From: a virus | DNA length: 64,000 nt | IMG/VR virus record: IMGVR_UViG_3300045999_009829 | Direction: 5' to 3' (one strand) | In this document: in pieces, positions 1 through 9,694 of the stretch | Layout of the letters: the number at the start of each line of letters is the position of its first letter | Position numbering within the stretch: the stretch's first letter is position 1 | Program-made: the position numbers and the translations under genes | The notes under the pieces: model-generated | Databases searched by the model: none | What the model was told of the DNA's origin: nothing | What the model saw: the letters and a program-made list of their open reading frames with translations, nothing else

Positions 1-1
1 G

Positions 2-349
2 CCCTGCGCAGATGGGAAGAACCATCATTGCTTTGTGATCAATCACGCTATCGAGCGAGACATTGCACAGTCTATCTATGTCGACGTATAGACCGCCCTC
101 CTCATACAGCTTAATCAGCCTCCACACGTCTGACTTTACAACTGGATGGCAGTGCTTCAATCTAGAGTAGTCACTCGCGTCGAGCTTAACCCTGAGGTAG
201 TCATCAAGGTCGCCATCGTCGCTTATCTCTACAGTCCAGTTGGGCGACAGCTGCACCAGTCTGCCTATGCAGTTCCTGACAAACCTCGACTCAGACTGCA
301 GTAGGTCCTTCGTCTTCCATGATATATGTATCTTGCGAGGTATGATCAC
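2..349 (-). CDS. Glycosyltransferase, GT32/OCH1-like DXD family (partial, runs off the window start)
   Basis: Not in the ORF track; manual translation from GTG at 349 gives MIIPRKIHISWK...KSDVWRLIKLYEEGGLYVDID, with the IPxxIH, SDxxR and GGxYxDxD motifs. GTGA overlap with the upstream stop. Confidence 0.8.
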   Translation of the reverse strand, partial: MIIPRKIHISWKTKDLLQSESRFVRNCIGRLVQLSPNWTVEISDDGDLDDYLRVKLDASDYSRLKHCHPVVKSDVWRLIKLYEEGGLYVDIDRLCNVSLDSVIDHKAMMVLPICAG

Positions 350-1062
350 GGGAACACCAGCTTGAACTCTAACCTCGACTTCTCGTTAGGCATGTCGAGT
401 GGGTGTGGCATCTCTACATCTCTATAGAACACGTTCTGTGCGGACGAGAACGTAAGCTCCAGACAGCTCGGTATGAACTGCTCTGGCGTCTCGATGTACG
501 AGTTGTTGTTTGCGTGCACGTGAACTAGCTTCTGGTCGACCTTGCCGATGAAGTTTGCTATCTGGTCAAACTTGTCGGGCTGATTTACGTCGTGGAACTC
601 TATGACCATGCCAGTAAATCTTCGCGTGTTCGCTATAAGCGAGTCTAGCAGACCGTATTCGTCTCCCTCTATGTCGCACTTCAAGAACACGTTGCTGCCA
701 TGCAAGATGTCATCTATAGATCCTTTGACGTTCTGCTTGTGTAGGCGCTTGCCGTCTATGAAGAAGGATTCGTCGACCTTTGCTTGCTCGTCGTAGGCAT
801 CCATCTGGCACGGGTTCAACCGAAAGAAGTCTACCTCGTACGAGTTGTCGGGCCCGATGCCCAAGCTCAGCAGTCTGGTGGTTGCAATCACGTCGCTGTA
901 GTTGACCAGATACCCGCCGTCGTAGTCCTTGCCCAGACGAACAAGCTCCCTGCAGTAGAAGGGCTTCAGGATCCTGGGTAGCTTCATGGTGTTCATGTCA
1001 ATGCGCTCTCTTGATAAACGCAGATTGGTAGCCGTTGAGCTGGTGAAACTCGTATAGGTCAT
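346..1062 (-). CDS. FkbM-like SAM-dependent methyltransferase
   Basis: RLGKDYDGGY, LSLGIG, LKCDIEGDEY and IEFH motifs; the true start may be ATG at 996. Confidence 0.7.
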   Translation of the reverse strand: MTYTSFTSSTATNLRLSRERIDMNTMKLPRILKPFYCRELVRLGKDYDGGYLVNYSDVIATTRLLSLGIGPDNSYEVDFFRLNPCQMDAYDEQAKVDESFFIDGKRLHKQNVKGSIDDILHGSNVFLKCDIEGDEYGLLDSLIANTRRFTGMVIEFHDVNQPDKFDQIANFIGKVDQKLVHVHANNNSYIETPEQFIPSCLELTFSSAQNVFYRDVEMPHPLDMPNEKSRLEFKLVFP

Positions 1063-1973
1063 ACGGCACTTGCAATTTCTTTCAGTTGTTCCCTCGTGAA
1101 CTTCATGGCGCCGTCGTTGAGCCTGTCGGCAAACTCACAGTCGGGCCCGCCTATGCGGATGGGGTTGTAAGCTACCTGAACGGACTTATTCCTGTAGAAC
1201 TTGAAGTGCTTGGGATAACTTACGTTGACTTCGAACGTGGACCCCATTATAATGGTTCCTGACCGATTAAACGATCTAGCCATGTGTTGACCAACTGAGT
1301 CGACACCGACAAAGTAGTCACACTGAGATATCATAGCCATGTAGAACCTGAGGTCTGCATTCATGCCCTTACCATTGAGCATGAAGTTGTCCTTGGGGTG
1401 AATGTAGTCGTTGGGTCCGAAGTACAGGACTGCAGCCTTCTCCGATAGCATCCTGCCCAATTCAAGTGCATCGTCGACGTCGAGGCTCCTGCTTGTGGTG
1501 TCCGTAGGTCTGCCGTTGACTACTTGAATGCCGGACCCATAGGGCTGAAACACAACGAACTTGCTCTTGCCCTTGGCTCGCCTGGCTTCCTCGATGAGCT
1601 TTTGTGCGGTCGCGACCTCGTTCGAGTGTAGGTATAGTTTAGGCTGAGCTAGATCCGAGTGGTCATCGGTCTGGTTGATCTCTTCGTCGAACGCCTCCAC
1701 CAGGGACTTCCTCTGGTTGTAGTAGCTCCACCGGTGGTAGGGCTCTGGGGCTTTGAGCTCCCTGTCCTTGATCACCAGGTCAAAGATGCCCTTCTGACCT
1801 ATGCCGTATGTTCTGGGCTGCAGGAGCGGGTGGTTCCAGTACAGGTTCTCCCACCCATGCACGATGACCTTGAAGTCATCATTGGGATTGAGTCTTGCAT
1901 ACTTCTCTAGAGCGGGAATAGCCGTTATGACTCTCCCCGCCCCACCACTGATCATGAACGCGGTGCTTCTCAT
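1059..1973 (-). CDS. GT9-like (ADP-heptose heptosyltransferase-like) GT-B glycosyltransferase
   Basis: N-terminal GGAGRVITAIPAL, FQPYGS, and CDYFVGVDSVGQHMA (GT9-type DSxxxHxA motif); start set at 1973 by the ATGA overlap. Confidence 0.7.
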   Translation of the reverse strand: MRSTAFMISGGAGRVITAIPALEKYARLNPNDDFKVIVHGWENLYWNHPLLQPRTYGIGQKGIFDLVIKDRELKAPEPYHRWSYYNQRKSLVEAFDEEINQTDDHSDLAQPKLYLHSNEVATAQKLIEEARRAKGKSKFVVFQPYGSGIQVVNGRPTDTTSRSLDVDDALELGRMLSEKAAVLYFGPNDYIHPKDNFMLNGKGMNADLRFYMAMISQCDYFVGVDSVGQHMARSFNRSGTIIMGSTFEVNVSYPKHFKFYRNKSVQVAYNPIRIGGPDCEFADRLNDGAMKFTREQLKEIASAV

Positions 1974-2428
1974 CCCCGCTTGAGGTCCTGCGTCATGGGG
2001 TTGTACTCCTTGAACCACTCCATGAACTCCTTGTCACCGAGATAGTTCCACACGCCGTCAAGCTGGTAGATGACTGGCATGCCGGTCTCAAGCCAGTTCT
2101 GCACGAGCCAGGACAGGTACTTGGACTCCATCTTCTGACCGCACTCGACGACTCGCAGCATGGGCTTGCTCTTGTTGGGACCCCAGCCCTCTATGTTGAC
2201 AAGCACCTTGGACTCTGATGGCTTCATCCACTCGGGCACTATGTTTTGGATATATCCACACCAGTAGTCCCTGCACGACTGAGGTCTGTGCTCGTGAATG
2301 GTGCAGTTCTTTCCTAGGTAGTGACAGGGTCTCCCGGGGAACTTGCGGCGACCGAACACCTCGTACTGAAGCCACTTGCAGCACTCGTTGCAGTCGCCGC
2401 AAGACCTCTCAACTTTCGGTTCCATCAC
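1970..2428 (-). CDS. CxxCxxCC (YkgJ-like) zinc/iron-chelating protein
   Basis: RSCGDCNECC...PCHYL...CTIHEHRPQSCRDYWC. Confidence 0.7.
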   Translation of the reverse strand: MMEPKVERSCGDCNECCKWLQYEVFGRRKFPGRPCHYLGKNCTIHEHRPQSCRDYWCGYIQNIVPEWMKPSESKVLVNIEGWGPNKSKPMLRVVECGQKMESKYLSWLVQNWLETGMPVIYQLDGVWNYLGDKEFMEWFKEYNPMTQDLKRG

Positions 2429-3056
2429 TTCTCCATCTATTCAATACCGAATCCATCTGGTCCATGGTCGCCTGCAGGCTCACCCCCGTGCCCAGGTGCA
2501 CGAAGTAGTATCTCTGCCAGTCTTCCCACGTGATGCCGTTGTACTTGAGTCCGAACCTGGCTAGGTTCTCTGAGAAGGCAAACTCGTCGACGTGACTCTT
2601 CTTGTGGAGCAGGAACGACTTTGCCTCTGTGGCGGTGTAGTCAAGCGGTCGGAACAGGTCGTGGGTGTGGCGACAAGCGATGACTGCATTGGTGGCGATG
2701 CCTACGTTCCTGCCGTCCCTCTTGAAGTATATATTGCGCTCTGTGTCGAAGAACTCACTGGCGTGGAAGTTGTCGTTGAACCCCACGTGGTATGGATGAC
2801 AGAGAGTAGTGAAGTCGGGAAACTTGGCGTGGATCAAGATGTCGACGTCGAGCAGTAGGTTCCAGTCATAGCCAGCGCCGTCCCTGTAGACCTGGAGCTT
2901 CTCATACAGGATGTTCCAGTCGGGATACTTCCTCTGCGTGATCAAGTTCAGGTCGGCGCCTATTCGATCTGCATAGCGCTTGATCCGAGGATAGGTCACC
3001 GACCAGACTTCTGGCAGGTAGTTACCGATGTTGACTACGTGGATGCACTTGCTCAT
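2409..3056 (-). CDS. GT-A fold glycosyltransferase (GT34-like)
   Basis: YADRIGAD, EKLQVY, LLLDVDILI (DxD) and terminal FVHLG. Confidence 0.55.
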   Translation of the reverse strand: MSKCIHVVNIGNYLPEVWSVTYPRIKRYADRIGADLNLITQRKYPDWNILYEKLQVYRDGAGYDWNLLLDVDILIHAKFPDFTTLCHPYHVGFNDNFHASEFFDTERNIYFKRDGRNVGIATNAVIACRHTHDLFRPLDYTATEAKSFLLHKKSHVDEFAFSENLARFGLKYNGITWEDWQRYYFVHLGTGVSLQATMDQMDSVLNRWRSDGTES

Positions 3057-3508
3057 AGATAGAGCGCCGAGAAGTCCTTGCCTGATGGATCCTTGGGTAG
3101 GTTGGTGCTCATGCCGTCGTCGAGCAGGGCTTGCAGAACTTGCTCTCTGGTGACATCACCCTTCCTTGCCATCTCGACCATCACGGCGACTGGCATGTGG
3201 TATATGTACGCGATGGCAAGTACTGTGGCGTGCAGGTTGTGCACTAGGAGACCCTTGTCCTCTTCCTTGCATACTCCGGCAAGCACCTGTCGAGCAGTCT
3301 TCCTGTACTTCATGGCTGGAAAGTGCGGCTGCATCTTGTGGAACCTATCTGGATCCTTGGGATCCTCCAGAACAAGAAGTGGCTCTGCCGCTTCCTCTTC
3401 CTGGCACCACTTCTCCAGATTGATAAGAGCTAGCATGATGCCCACGATATCGTCATCGTAGTCTGCATCTTGGAACCTGCAGTGGAGGTCCCTCAGTCTG
3501 TTACTCAT
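3053..3508 (-). CDS. Hypothetical protein
   Basis: 151 aa ORF with 4-nt overlaps on both sides within the operon. Confidence 0.6.
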   Translation of the reverse strand: MSNRLRDLHCRFQDADYDDDIVGIMLALINLEKWCQEEEAAEPLLVLEDPKDPDRFHKMQPHFPAMKYRKTARQVLAGVCKEEDKGLLVHNLHATVLAIAYIYHMPVAVMVEMARKGDVTREQVLQALLDDGMSTNLPKDPSGKDFSALYL

Positions 3509-4041
3509 CTTTCCTCCTTTCTGTCAATGTTCATAGCGACCACTAGCCTCTCAGCGATGGTCTTCGGCACCTCGTGGTAGAGGATGCCAGGGAACACCAG
3601 CAGTGTGCCGGTCTTTGGCGTCACCGTCAGTGTGTCCTCGAATATGATCGGCGCAGCGCCCTCTGCTATCTCCAGATAAGCGACTGCAGCAAAGTCGCTG
3701 GGGTAGTGATAGTGTCGGTCGGTGTGGTCGCCAGGTCCGTAGTGAGCGCCCCAGCAGTTGTAGCACATGAAGTCCAAGTCGACCTTGAAGTAGTCTCTGG
3801 ATATGAACTTCACACAGGATAGAGTCAAGTCGACCAGCGGCATGAAGTTCTGATTGAATATGTGGCTTGACCAACCGCTCACATATTTAGCCTTCACGTT
3901 GCTCTCCATGGAGATCGGGTACCGCTCTTGCTCCTGCTGTATGGCTAGCTTTGCGGCCTCTATGGCGTCCAAGTGAGAGCTTATATCTACCGTGAAGACC
4001 GGGAGGCGCTTCTCTACGGTAAGTACTTCGACTGTTGACAA
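3505..4041 (-). CDS. 2OG-Fe(II) oxygenase (TIGR02466-like)
   Basis: HYH, AVAYL, PKTGTLLVFPGILYHEV, RLVVAMN. Confidence 0.8.
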   Translation of the reverse strand: MSTVEVLTVEKRLPVFTVDISSHLDAIEAAKLAIQQEQERYPISMESNVKAKYVSGWSSHIFNQNFMPLVDLTLSCVKFISRDYFKVDLDFMCYNCWGAHYGPGDHTDRHYHYPSDFAAVAYLEIAEGAAPIIFEDTLTVTPKTGTLLVFPGILYHEVPKTIAERLVVAMNIDRKEER

Positions 4042-4697
4042 TTGTCCAATCCTCTGACTGTGGTTTCACCCCTGAGGTCGTACGCGTACACGTCGAACTG
4101 ACTCATGGGAAACAGCTCGGCTCTCACATACATGTCCAGGCTCTCGTAGATCCCATGCTTTATTGTGTACGAGACTAGAGACCTGGCGACCGCTGGATCT
4201 ATGGCGTATGCATGGGCTCTGCACAAGCTCCTGAGCCTGCCTCTCTGGTCACTGGCGTGCGGCGGAGTCGCGTAGACCGGCTGACCGCGAGTCTGCTCTA
4301 TAGAGCCGAGATATACTATGGAGTTGAACAGTCTGTGCATCAGATACGGCTTGACCATGATGGCGTCGTGTTCGAGGATGACTATCGGCTTATCGACCGT
4401 GAGGCACCGGCACCACAAGCTGTAGTGACTCATGAAGCATGCCACCTGCGCCCACGAGAGCTTCTCAGTGATCAGCTTTGGCCAAAGCAGGTGTGGAATT
4501 CCCTTTAGGTGCTCTGGAATCTCTGGTCTGCCGTTAACGCCGTCAAAGCCCTGCCATAGAGTGAACTTTTGGCCGACTGACTGAAGTGACTCGACACACC
4601 GAGCGGTGAGCTCTTCTGAAGTCTTGTTGCCCTTCAGGGTGATGACGTATGCCGAGTCGACGTCGTTGTCGTGGAAGTTGGCGTCAAGGCTCTTCAT
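4014..4697 (-). CDS. Glycosyltransferase family 25
   Basis: AYVITL, ACFMSHYSLW, ILEHDA, AHAYAI. Confidence 0.8.
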   Translation of the reverse strand: MKSLDANFHDNDVDSAYVITLKGNKTSEELTARCVESLQSVGQKFTLWQGFDGVNGRPEIPEHLKGIPHLLWPKLITEKLSWAQVACFMSHYSLWCRCLTVDKPIVILEHDAIMVKPYLMHRLFNSIVYLGSIEQTRGQPVYATPPHASDQRGRLRSLCRAHAYAIDPAVARSLVSYTIKHGIYESLDMYVRAELFPMSQFDVYAYDLRGETTVRGLDNCQQSKYLP

Positions 4698-4703
4698 GGC
4701 GAG

Positions 4704-5558
4704 TTACCTGCTGGTCAATAGCTCCGGATAGAAGGTCTCATAGAACCACCTGCAGTTGTGCAGGACCGAAGCGGAATCCTGTTCCGACATGTACTTAGGC
4801 CATGACGGACCGTGAGACTCGAGCCGCGGCTTGGTAACGTGACTGACAAGCGCCCTATAGACCGTGTCGTGCTCGTAGTACTCAGACTGCTTGATGTTGT
4901 TCATGTCGTGCTCATAGTTGTCCATGCCTAGCCACTGGTACATGGACCTAAGTGACCTGACTGGCTCCTTGCTGAAGTCTTCCCAACGAGCAATGAAGAA
5001 GTTGTTGGGCCTCTTCTGCATCCACTCGAACACGTGCCTGAGAAACATGAGAGGTCTACCCATGTTTCCGCCAACGTCGGTGCAGTAAAGCTCTACTCGC
5101 TTTGACACGGGTAGCATGTGGAAGGGATCATCTCTGGATCCCATATGTATGTGCGTGTTCTTGAACAGTAGCTTTTCGAACGACGCTATGATGTCTCTGA
5201 GGTCCCTGAGGCATACTATGAACTTGGGATCATCGTAGATCGTGAACAGGGTATTGATGTGTGTATCCCAAGTCCTAGACTTGCTGATGACCACGGGCTT
5301 GTCAGTCAGCGTGGAGAACCAGCCGTCAATGCCGCCGCGGATGAAGCCCTTGACCGCTTCAGCGGCGGTGTCCTGCGGCATGGCTATGAACTCTGACACC
5401 GACGTCGACTGAGCTTTGACGGCTTCGGTCACATAGGGTAGTGGACATGTTCCGGTGGTGTAAATCTTTGGGTTCTGCTGAAGGATATTCATCAGAACCG
5501 TAGATCCAGAACGAGGTAGTCCGATGCAGAAGTTCACTGCTTTCATGATATGGTGCAC
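4704..5558 (-). CDS. Sulfotransferase (PAPS-dependent)
   Basis: GLPRSGST 5'-PSB loop, RDLRDIIAS 3'-PB motif, RWEDF; start may be ATG at 5546. Confidence 0.85.
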   Translation of the reverse strand: MHHIMKAVNFCIGLPRSGSTVLMNILQQNPKIYTTGTCPLPYVTEAVKAQSTSVSEFIAMPQDTAAEAVKGFIRGGIDGWFSTLTDKPVVISKSRTWDTHINTLFTIYDDPKFIVCLRDLRDIIASFEKLLFKNTHIHMGSRDDPFHMLPVSKRVELYCTDVGGNMGRPLMFLRHVFEWMQKRPNNFFIARWEDFSKEPVRSLRSMYQWLGMDNYEHDMNNIKQSEYYEHDTVYRALVSHVTKPRLESHGPSWPKYMSEQDSASVLHNCRWFYETFYPELLTSR

Positions 5559-5578
5559 ACCCTTTCAAGTTTTAATTA

Positions 5579-6715
5579 TTAAGCAAATTTGCGAGCCAAA
5601 AATGAGCGTCCATCAACTGCAAATTCGGTCCACTGAGTTCCAGGTACCTGAACCGGCGAAGATCTATTTATTCTAGATATGTCTACATTGCCAAAATAAT
5701 TATCTCCCCAAGCCCATAAAGTTCCATCCGTCTTAAGTGCACCGCTTGACCTATATCCCCCTGAAATTCCTGACCACTGGTTACCAGGCACCTGAGTAGG
5801 AGCGCATACACTAATGGTAGTGTTATGACCGAGACGGCCGTCATCATTAAGGCCCCAAGACCACAGTGTTCCATCTGATTTACGAGCTAGACTAAATCTT
5901 GCACCAGCCGAGATGTCGGTCCATTGTGTGCCTGATATCTGTACGGGCGAAGATCTGTCAGTGGTATAACTGTTACCTAACTGCCCAGCAATGTTAAAGC
6001 CCCATGTCCACAGGGTCCCATCTGATTTACGCGCCATTGCATGGCCATCGACCTTATCACCAGAATAGTCGACCCACTGAGTACCCGGTATTTGAATTGG
6101 TGATGATCTTGCTATGACATTTCCTTGACCCAACTGTCCCCGCGTGTTATCACCCCAAACCCACAAGGTATTATCGCTTTTAAAAGCTGCAAAACCACCG
6201 GCGCTTCCGCGAAAAATCCTAGACCACTGAGTACCCGGTACTTGTACGGGAGACGATCTGTTTTCAGTATTGTTGATGCCCAACCGACCTGATGAGCCAG
6301 AACCCCATGTCCACAGGGTTCCATCTGATTTACGAGCTGCATTACTATTAACTGTACTAGAGATCTCAGCCCACTGAGTACCCGGTATTTGAATTGGTGA
6401 TGATCTTTGAACTACTGTATTATCGCCGATCTGACCAAAGGCACCACACCCCCAAATCCACAGTGTATTATCGGATTTACGAGCTGCACGTGCACTTCCT
6501 TTACCTTGGATTGCAGTCCACTGAGTACCAGGTATCTGTGTCGGGGATGATCTGTCATTTGTAATGCCAACACCTAATGCACCGGCGTAATTACAGCCCC
6601 AGGACCACAATTCCGTTACGTTACTATTGGAGCTACTATAAATTACCTGCCCATCAACTACCAGCTGATAGAGCTTGTTCAGCGTGAATACGTTTGTCTC
6701 TACGGTACCTGACAT
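5579..6715 (-). CDS. RCC1-repeat beta-propeller protein 1 (putative receptor-binding/tail-associated protein)
   Basis: Seven ~50 aa repeats ARKSDGTLWxWGxNxxGxLG...RSSPxQxPGTQW. Confidence 0.85.
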   Translation of the reverse strand: MSGTVETNVFTLNKLYQLVVDGQVIYSSSNSNVTELWSWGCNYAGALGVGITNDRSSPTQIPGTQWTAIQGKGSARAARKSDNTLWIWGCGAFGQIGDNTVVQRSSPIQIPGTQWAEISSTVNSNAARKSDGTLWTWGSGSSGRLGINNTENRSSPVQVPGTQWSRIFRGSAGGFAAFKSDNTLWVWGDNTRGQLGQGNVIARSSPIQIPGTQWVDYSGDKVDGHAMARKSDGTLWTWGFNIAGQLGNSYTTDRSSPVQISGTQWTDISAGARFSLARKSDGTLWSWGLNDDGRLGHNTTISVCAPTQVPGNQWSGISGGYRSSGALKTDGTLWAWGDNYFGNVDISRINRSSPVQVPGTQWTEFAVDGRSFLARKFA

Positions 6716-7893
6716 GTCCCTGAGTCCATCCTACTTCTGATCTCTTCTGACACGTCACCCCAGGATCCGTCTACTCTCTGCCGCAGCTCTAGGACGTTCG
6801 AACCGTACCAGGGCTTTCCCTCCCACACGAAGTAAGGAACCAGCGGAGTCAGTACGGCCAATCCCTTGCCCATCCCAGCGGCTAGGTGCGCCACCGACGT
6901 GCAGCTAGATACGACTAGATCCATCTCTCTCATAATGCAGTATGTGTCCAACCAGCTATTTATCCGATTGCCGATCCACGTGGATCCTCTGACCGCATGG
7001 CTCTCTATCTGGAAGTCGTAGAGGTCACCGACGCTAGCTAGTGACTCGAAGTTCTCCACCGGAACCTGCCTAAACTGCTCGTGCTCGAACTCTGGGTTGC
7101 CCGCCCACTTCACGCCGATCTTGAATCCAGGCTTGAACTTCAGCGTGGGATCCTCGACGTTGACTTGTATATAGTCAGGCCTGTCCACTTCCTCAAATGG
7201 ATCATCGAGTCTGAGCAGAGACGGGATCGCCATGGACGGAACCACGCAGTCGAACTGGTTAGGATCAAAGTTCTTTTCAGCTGACGCTAGGTGACCCATG
7301 CCACGGATCAAGTCTACCATCGACTTGGGGCAGTATACCACCAGAGAGTCAGACTCGCGCTCGAGCAGCGGAAGCCATCTGGCAAAGATCAGGCAGTCGC
7401 CGTGACCTCCCTCCATGTAGACCGCAGTCCTGTCTCTCTTGGTCGGAGCTCTGATCTTCCTTGGATCCACCCTGGCGTCTCTGTGGATGCTTCCGAACAC
7501 GTTGATCTCTCGACCGGTGTTCATCAGATCAAAGCCCTCCAGGAACTTGCCCTGTCTGACCAGGTGCCAGCCCAGGTTGAACTTGACTGCGGGAATGTCC
7601 TGCGGGAGTGACTGGAGGATCTGAAACGACTCGTCGTGCTTTCCCTGCCAGTTCAGGTACAGTGACAGGTCTATCTGAGCCATAGGATCGTCGGATCCGT
7701 AGTCGAGGTTTCTGATGAGCCCTTCGGCAAGGTCAGGTCGACGCAGCTGATAGAAGCACTTAGCCATGTTGAGCTTGAGCGCCCGCCTGACGGTGCTGTC
7801 TCTCTCGTGTACGTGCACGGCCGCCATGAACTCAAGTGAAGCTAGGTATTCTCTCTTGTCAAACAGCTCCTTTGCCTGGTCAAACGCTACCAT
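6700..7893 (-). CDS. TPR-containing GT9-like glycosyltransferase
   Basis: Helical TPR-like N-terminus; EGGHGDCLIFARW, IGVKWAGNP, MDLVVSSCTSVAHLAAGMG. Confidence 0.8.
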   Translation of the reverse strand: MVAFDQAKELFDKREYLASLEFMAAVHVHERDSTVRRALKLNMAKCFYQLRRPDLAEGLIRNLDYGSDDPMAQIDLSLYLNWQGKHDESFQILQSLPQDIPAVKFNLGWHLVRQGKFLEGFDLMNTGREINVFGSIHRDARVDPRKIRAPTKRDRTAVYMEGGHGDCLIFARWLPLLERESDSLVVYCPKSMVDLIRGMGHLASAEKNFDPNQFDCVVPSMAIPSLLRLDDPFEEVDRPDYIQVNVEDPTLKFKPGFKIGVKWAGNPEFEHEQFRQVPVENFESLASVGDLYDFQIESHAVRGSTWIGNRINSWLDTYCIMREMDLVVSSCTSVAHLAAGMGKGLAVLTPLVPYFVWEGKPWYGSNVLELRQRVDGSWGDVSEEIRSRMDSGTCQVP

Positions 7894-8470
7894 AGTTCAG
7901 ACCATCCTGCTGAGGGGACGTCTTTGTCCATGCCACTAGAGAGTACTTCGTGCCTCTGGTGACAGGCGTTGACCTGTGGATGTGCTGCAGACCACTGGGC
8001 CACACCAGCATGGATCCGACTGGTGACTTCTTGTTGGTAAAGCCGTACCTCGGAAACTCTAGCTCTCCGCCGTCGTGCTCGTCATTCAGCTTCACGGTGC
8101 CTGTCACCATAGAGTCATCCCAGTGCACCGGCAACTCCCTCTGCGTAGTCGGCGTGTACTTGATGATGAACGGCACCTTCCAGCCGCTGAACCACATGCT
8201 AGACGGCATCTTGTAGAAGTCCTCTAGTACCGGCTGAACGGTCTGCTTCCAGTGCATGCAGAATGACCTGTAGAGCTCCGGACTGATCTTGTCGATCCTG
8301 AGCTCCTGACCCGGGACTGGATCGTTGGGTCTGCTCTCGTACTGGTTGATGGAGTCAGCGGCTTCGGTCAGGATCCTGCAGAACTCTGGCTTCCAGAACT
8401 CTATCTGCAGGATGTCGGTCGCTACTTGCTCTACTTTAGGATTGAACACGACGTAGTCGGTGTAGCTCAT
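7880..8470 (-). CDS. 2OG-Fe(II) oxygenase (lysyl/prolyl hydroxylase-like)
   Basis: FIIKY, HWD, LNDEHDGGEL, HIHRSTPVTRGTKYSLV. Confidence 0.85.
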   Translation of the reverse strand: MSYTDYVVFNPKVEQVATDILQIEFWKPEFCRILTEAADSINQYESRPNDPVPGQELRIDKISPELYRSFCMHWKQTVQPVLEDFYKMPSSMWFSGWKVPFIIKYTPTTQRELPVHWDDSMVTGTVKLNDEHDGGELEFPRYGFTNKKSPVGSMLVWPSGLQHIHRSTPVTRGTKYSLVAWTKTSPQQDGLNYGSV

Positions 8471-8485
8471 GGTATAGGATATCCT

Positions 8486-9064
8486 TCACTTCTTCGTGTC
8501 GGCTGACATACCTATATATGGCCTTCCATCAAAGAGCCTGTCTCCGTACTGACCGCCTTCTTCCACAAAGTGCATAAACGCTTGGTACTGAGTCCTACCT
8601 AAGAACTCGTCACGCCAGTGATGGAGCTTCGTGCCCTTGTAGATCACCGCGTCGCCAGGATGGAGAGCCGCCATCTGAGGCACCTTCTTCTCTGGATCCA
8701 TGAGCCATATGGGCCAGAGCTCGTCGTAGTCTCCGCCGAAGCTTATGGTCATCGAGTGCTCGCATTCTGGCCTATCCACGTGGGGAAGCAACTCAGCGCC
8801 TCTCTCGTAGATCCTGGCGTAGGTGTATGTCGGTAGCAGTGGTCGACCGGTCGCTCTAGCTAGCATCGGAGCTGACATAAGCATGAACGTGTCGAGCGCT
8901 GGGTCTCCATACACGCAGTGACTCTTCCCGACCTGCGGATCGCCGTCTGTCATCTTACCCGCTATGCGCAGGGTGTTCATGTGCTCGCGAAAGAAGGCGG
9001 CCATAAAGTCAGGGATGAAGTTCCTGATGATCACGAAGCCCTCTTGCTCATACTCAGCGCTCAT
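8486..9064 (-). CDS. 2OG-Fe(II) oxygenase
   Basis: LLPTYTYARIY, HVDRPECE, PGDAVIYKG, HWR. Confidence 0.8.
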   Translation of the reverse strand: MSAEYEQEGFVIIRNFIPDFMAAFFREHMNTLRIAGKMTDGDPQVGKSHCVYGDPALDTFMLMSAPMLARATGRPLLPTYTYARIYERGAELLPHVDRPECEHSMTISFGGDYDELWPIWLMDPEKKVPQMAALHPGDAVIYKGTKLHHWRDEFLGRTQYQAFMHFVEEGGQYGDRLFDGRPYIGMSADTKK

Positions 9065-9620
9065 ACACTCTCCTGTCTGTTTCAATCCATGTCACTAGGC
9101 ACTTGCGGACACCTCGAGTAACCGGCGTCACTGCATGCTCGAACTCTGCATAGGACGGGAATATGATCATGTCTCCCGCCTTGGGGTTGAACGTGATCCC
9201 GAGCCTGCAGAAGTCTAGCTTGCCGCCCTCGTAGTCGTCGTTCAGATACCAGATCATAGTCCAGTCTCTGGGGACTACCCTGGTCAGCTTGTTGTTGACA
9301 AAGTCTTCCGAGTCATTGTGTGGGTCGTACTTGCCGCCAGGTCCATACGATAGCAGTTGAGGCTCCTCTACGGACTTAAGTGTAGTCCGGTGCTTTGGTG
9401 CAAGCAGAGTCTCGTGGATATGCTTTGCAGTCGACTCTATATCTATGAGTGTCTGCGGCGGGATCTTGTGTCGACCCGTGTTCCTATACTCTGCGTTGAC
9501 TGACTCGGTGGATCCGTGACCTGTTGAGGTCGGATAAGCCACCGAGTCAGTCAGAGCAAGCAGGTGCGTTACAATGTGTTGCGGGATAAAGTCTCGCTTT
9601 ATAGTCACATATTCAAGCAT
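9054..9620 (-). CDS. 2OG-Fe(II) oxygenase (prolyl 4-hydroxylase-like)
   Basis: YGPGGKYDPHND, YLNDDYEGG, FPS...HAVTPVTRGVR. Confidence 0.85.
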   Translation of the reverse strand: MLEYVTIKRDFIPQHIVTHLLALTDSVAYPTSTGHGSTESVNAEYRNTGRHKIPPQTLIDIESTAKHIHETLLAPKHRTTLKSVEEPQLLSYGPGGKYDPHNDSEDFVNNKLTRVVPRDWTMIWYLNDDYEGGKLDFCRLGITFNPKAGDMIIFPSYAEFEHAVTPVTRGVRKCLVTWIETDRRVYER

Positions 9621-9694
9621 GATGTAAGACCTTAAGTGTTTTAGTTACTTATTGGGAATGAGCTTAAGGTATCTCATCTTACTTGTTTCCTACG

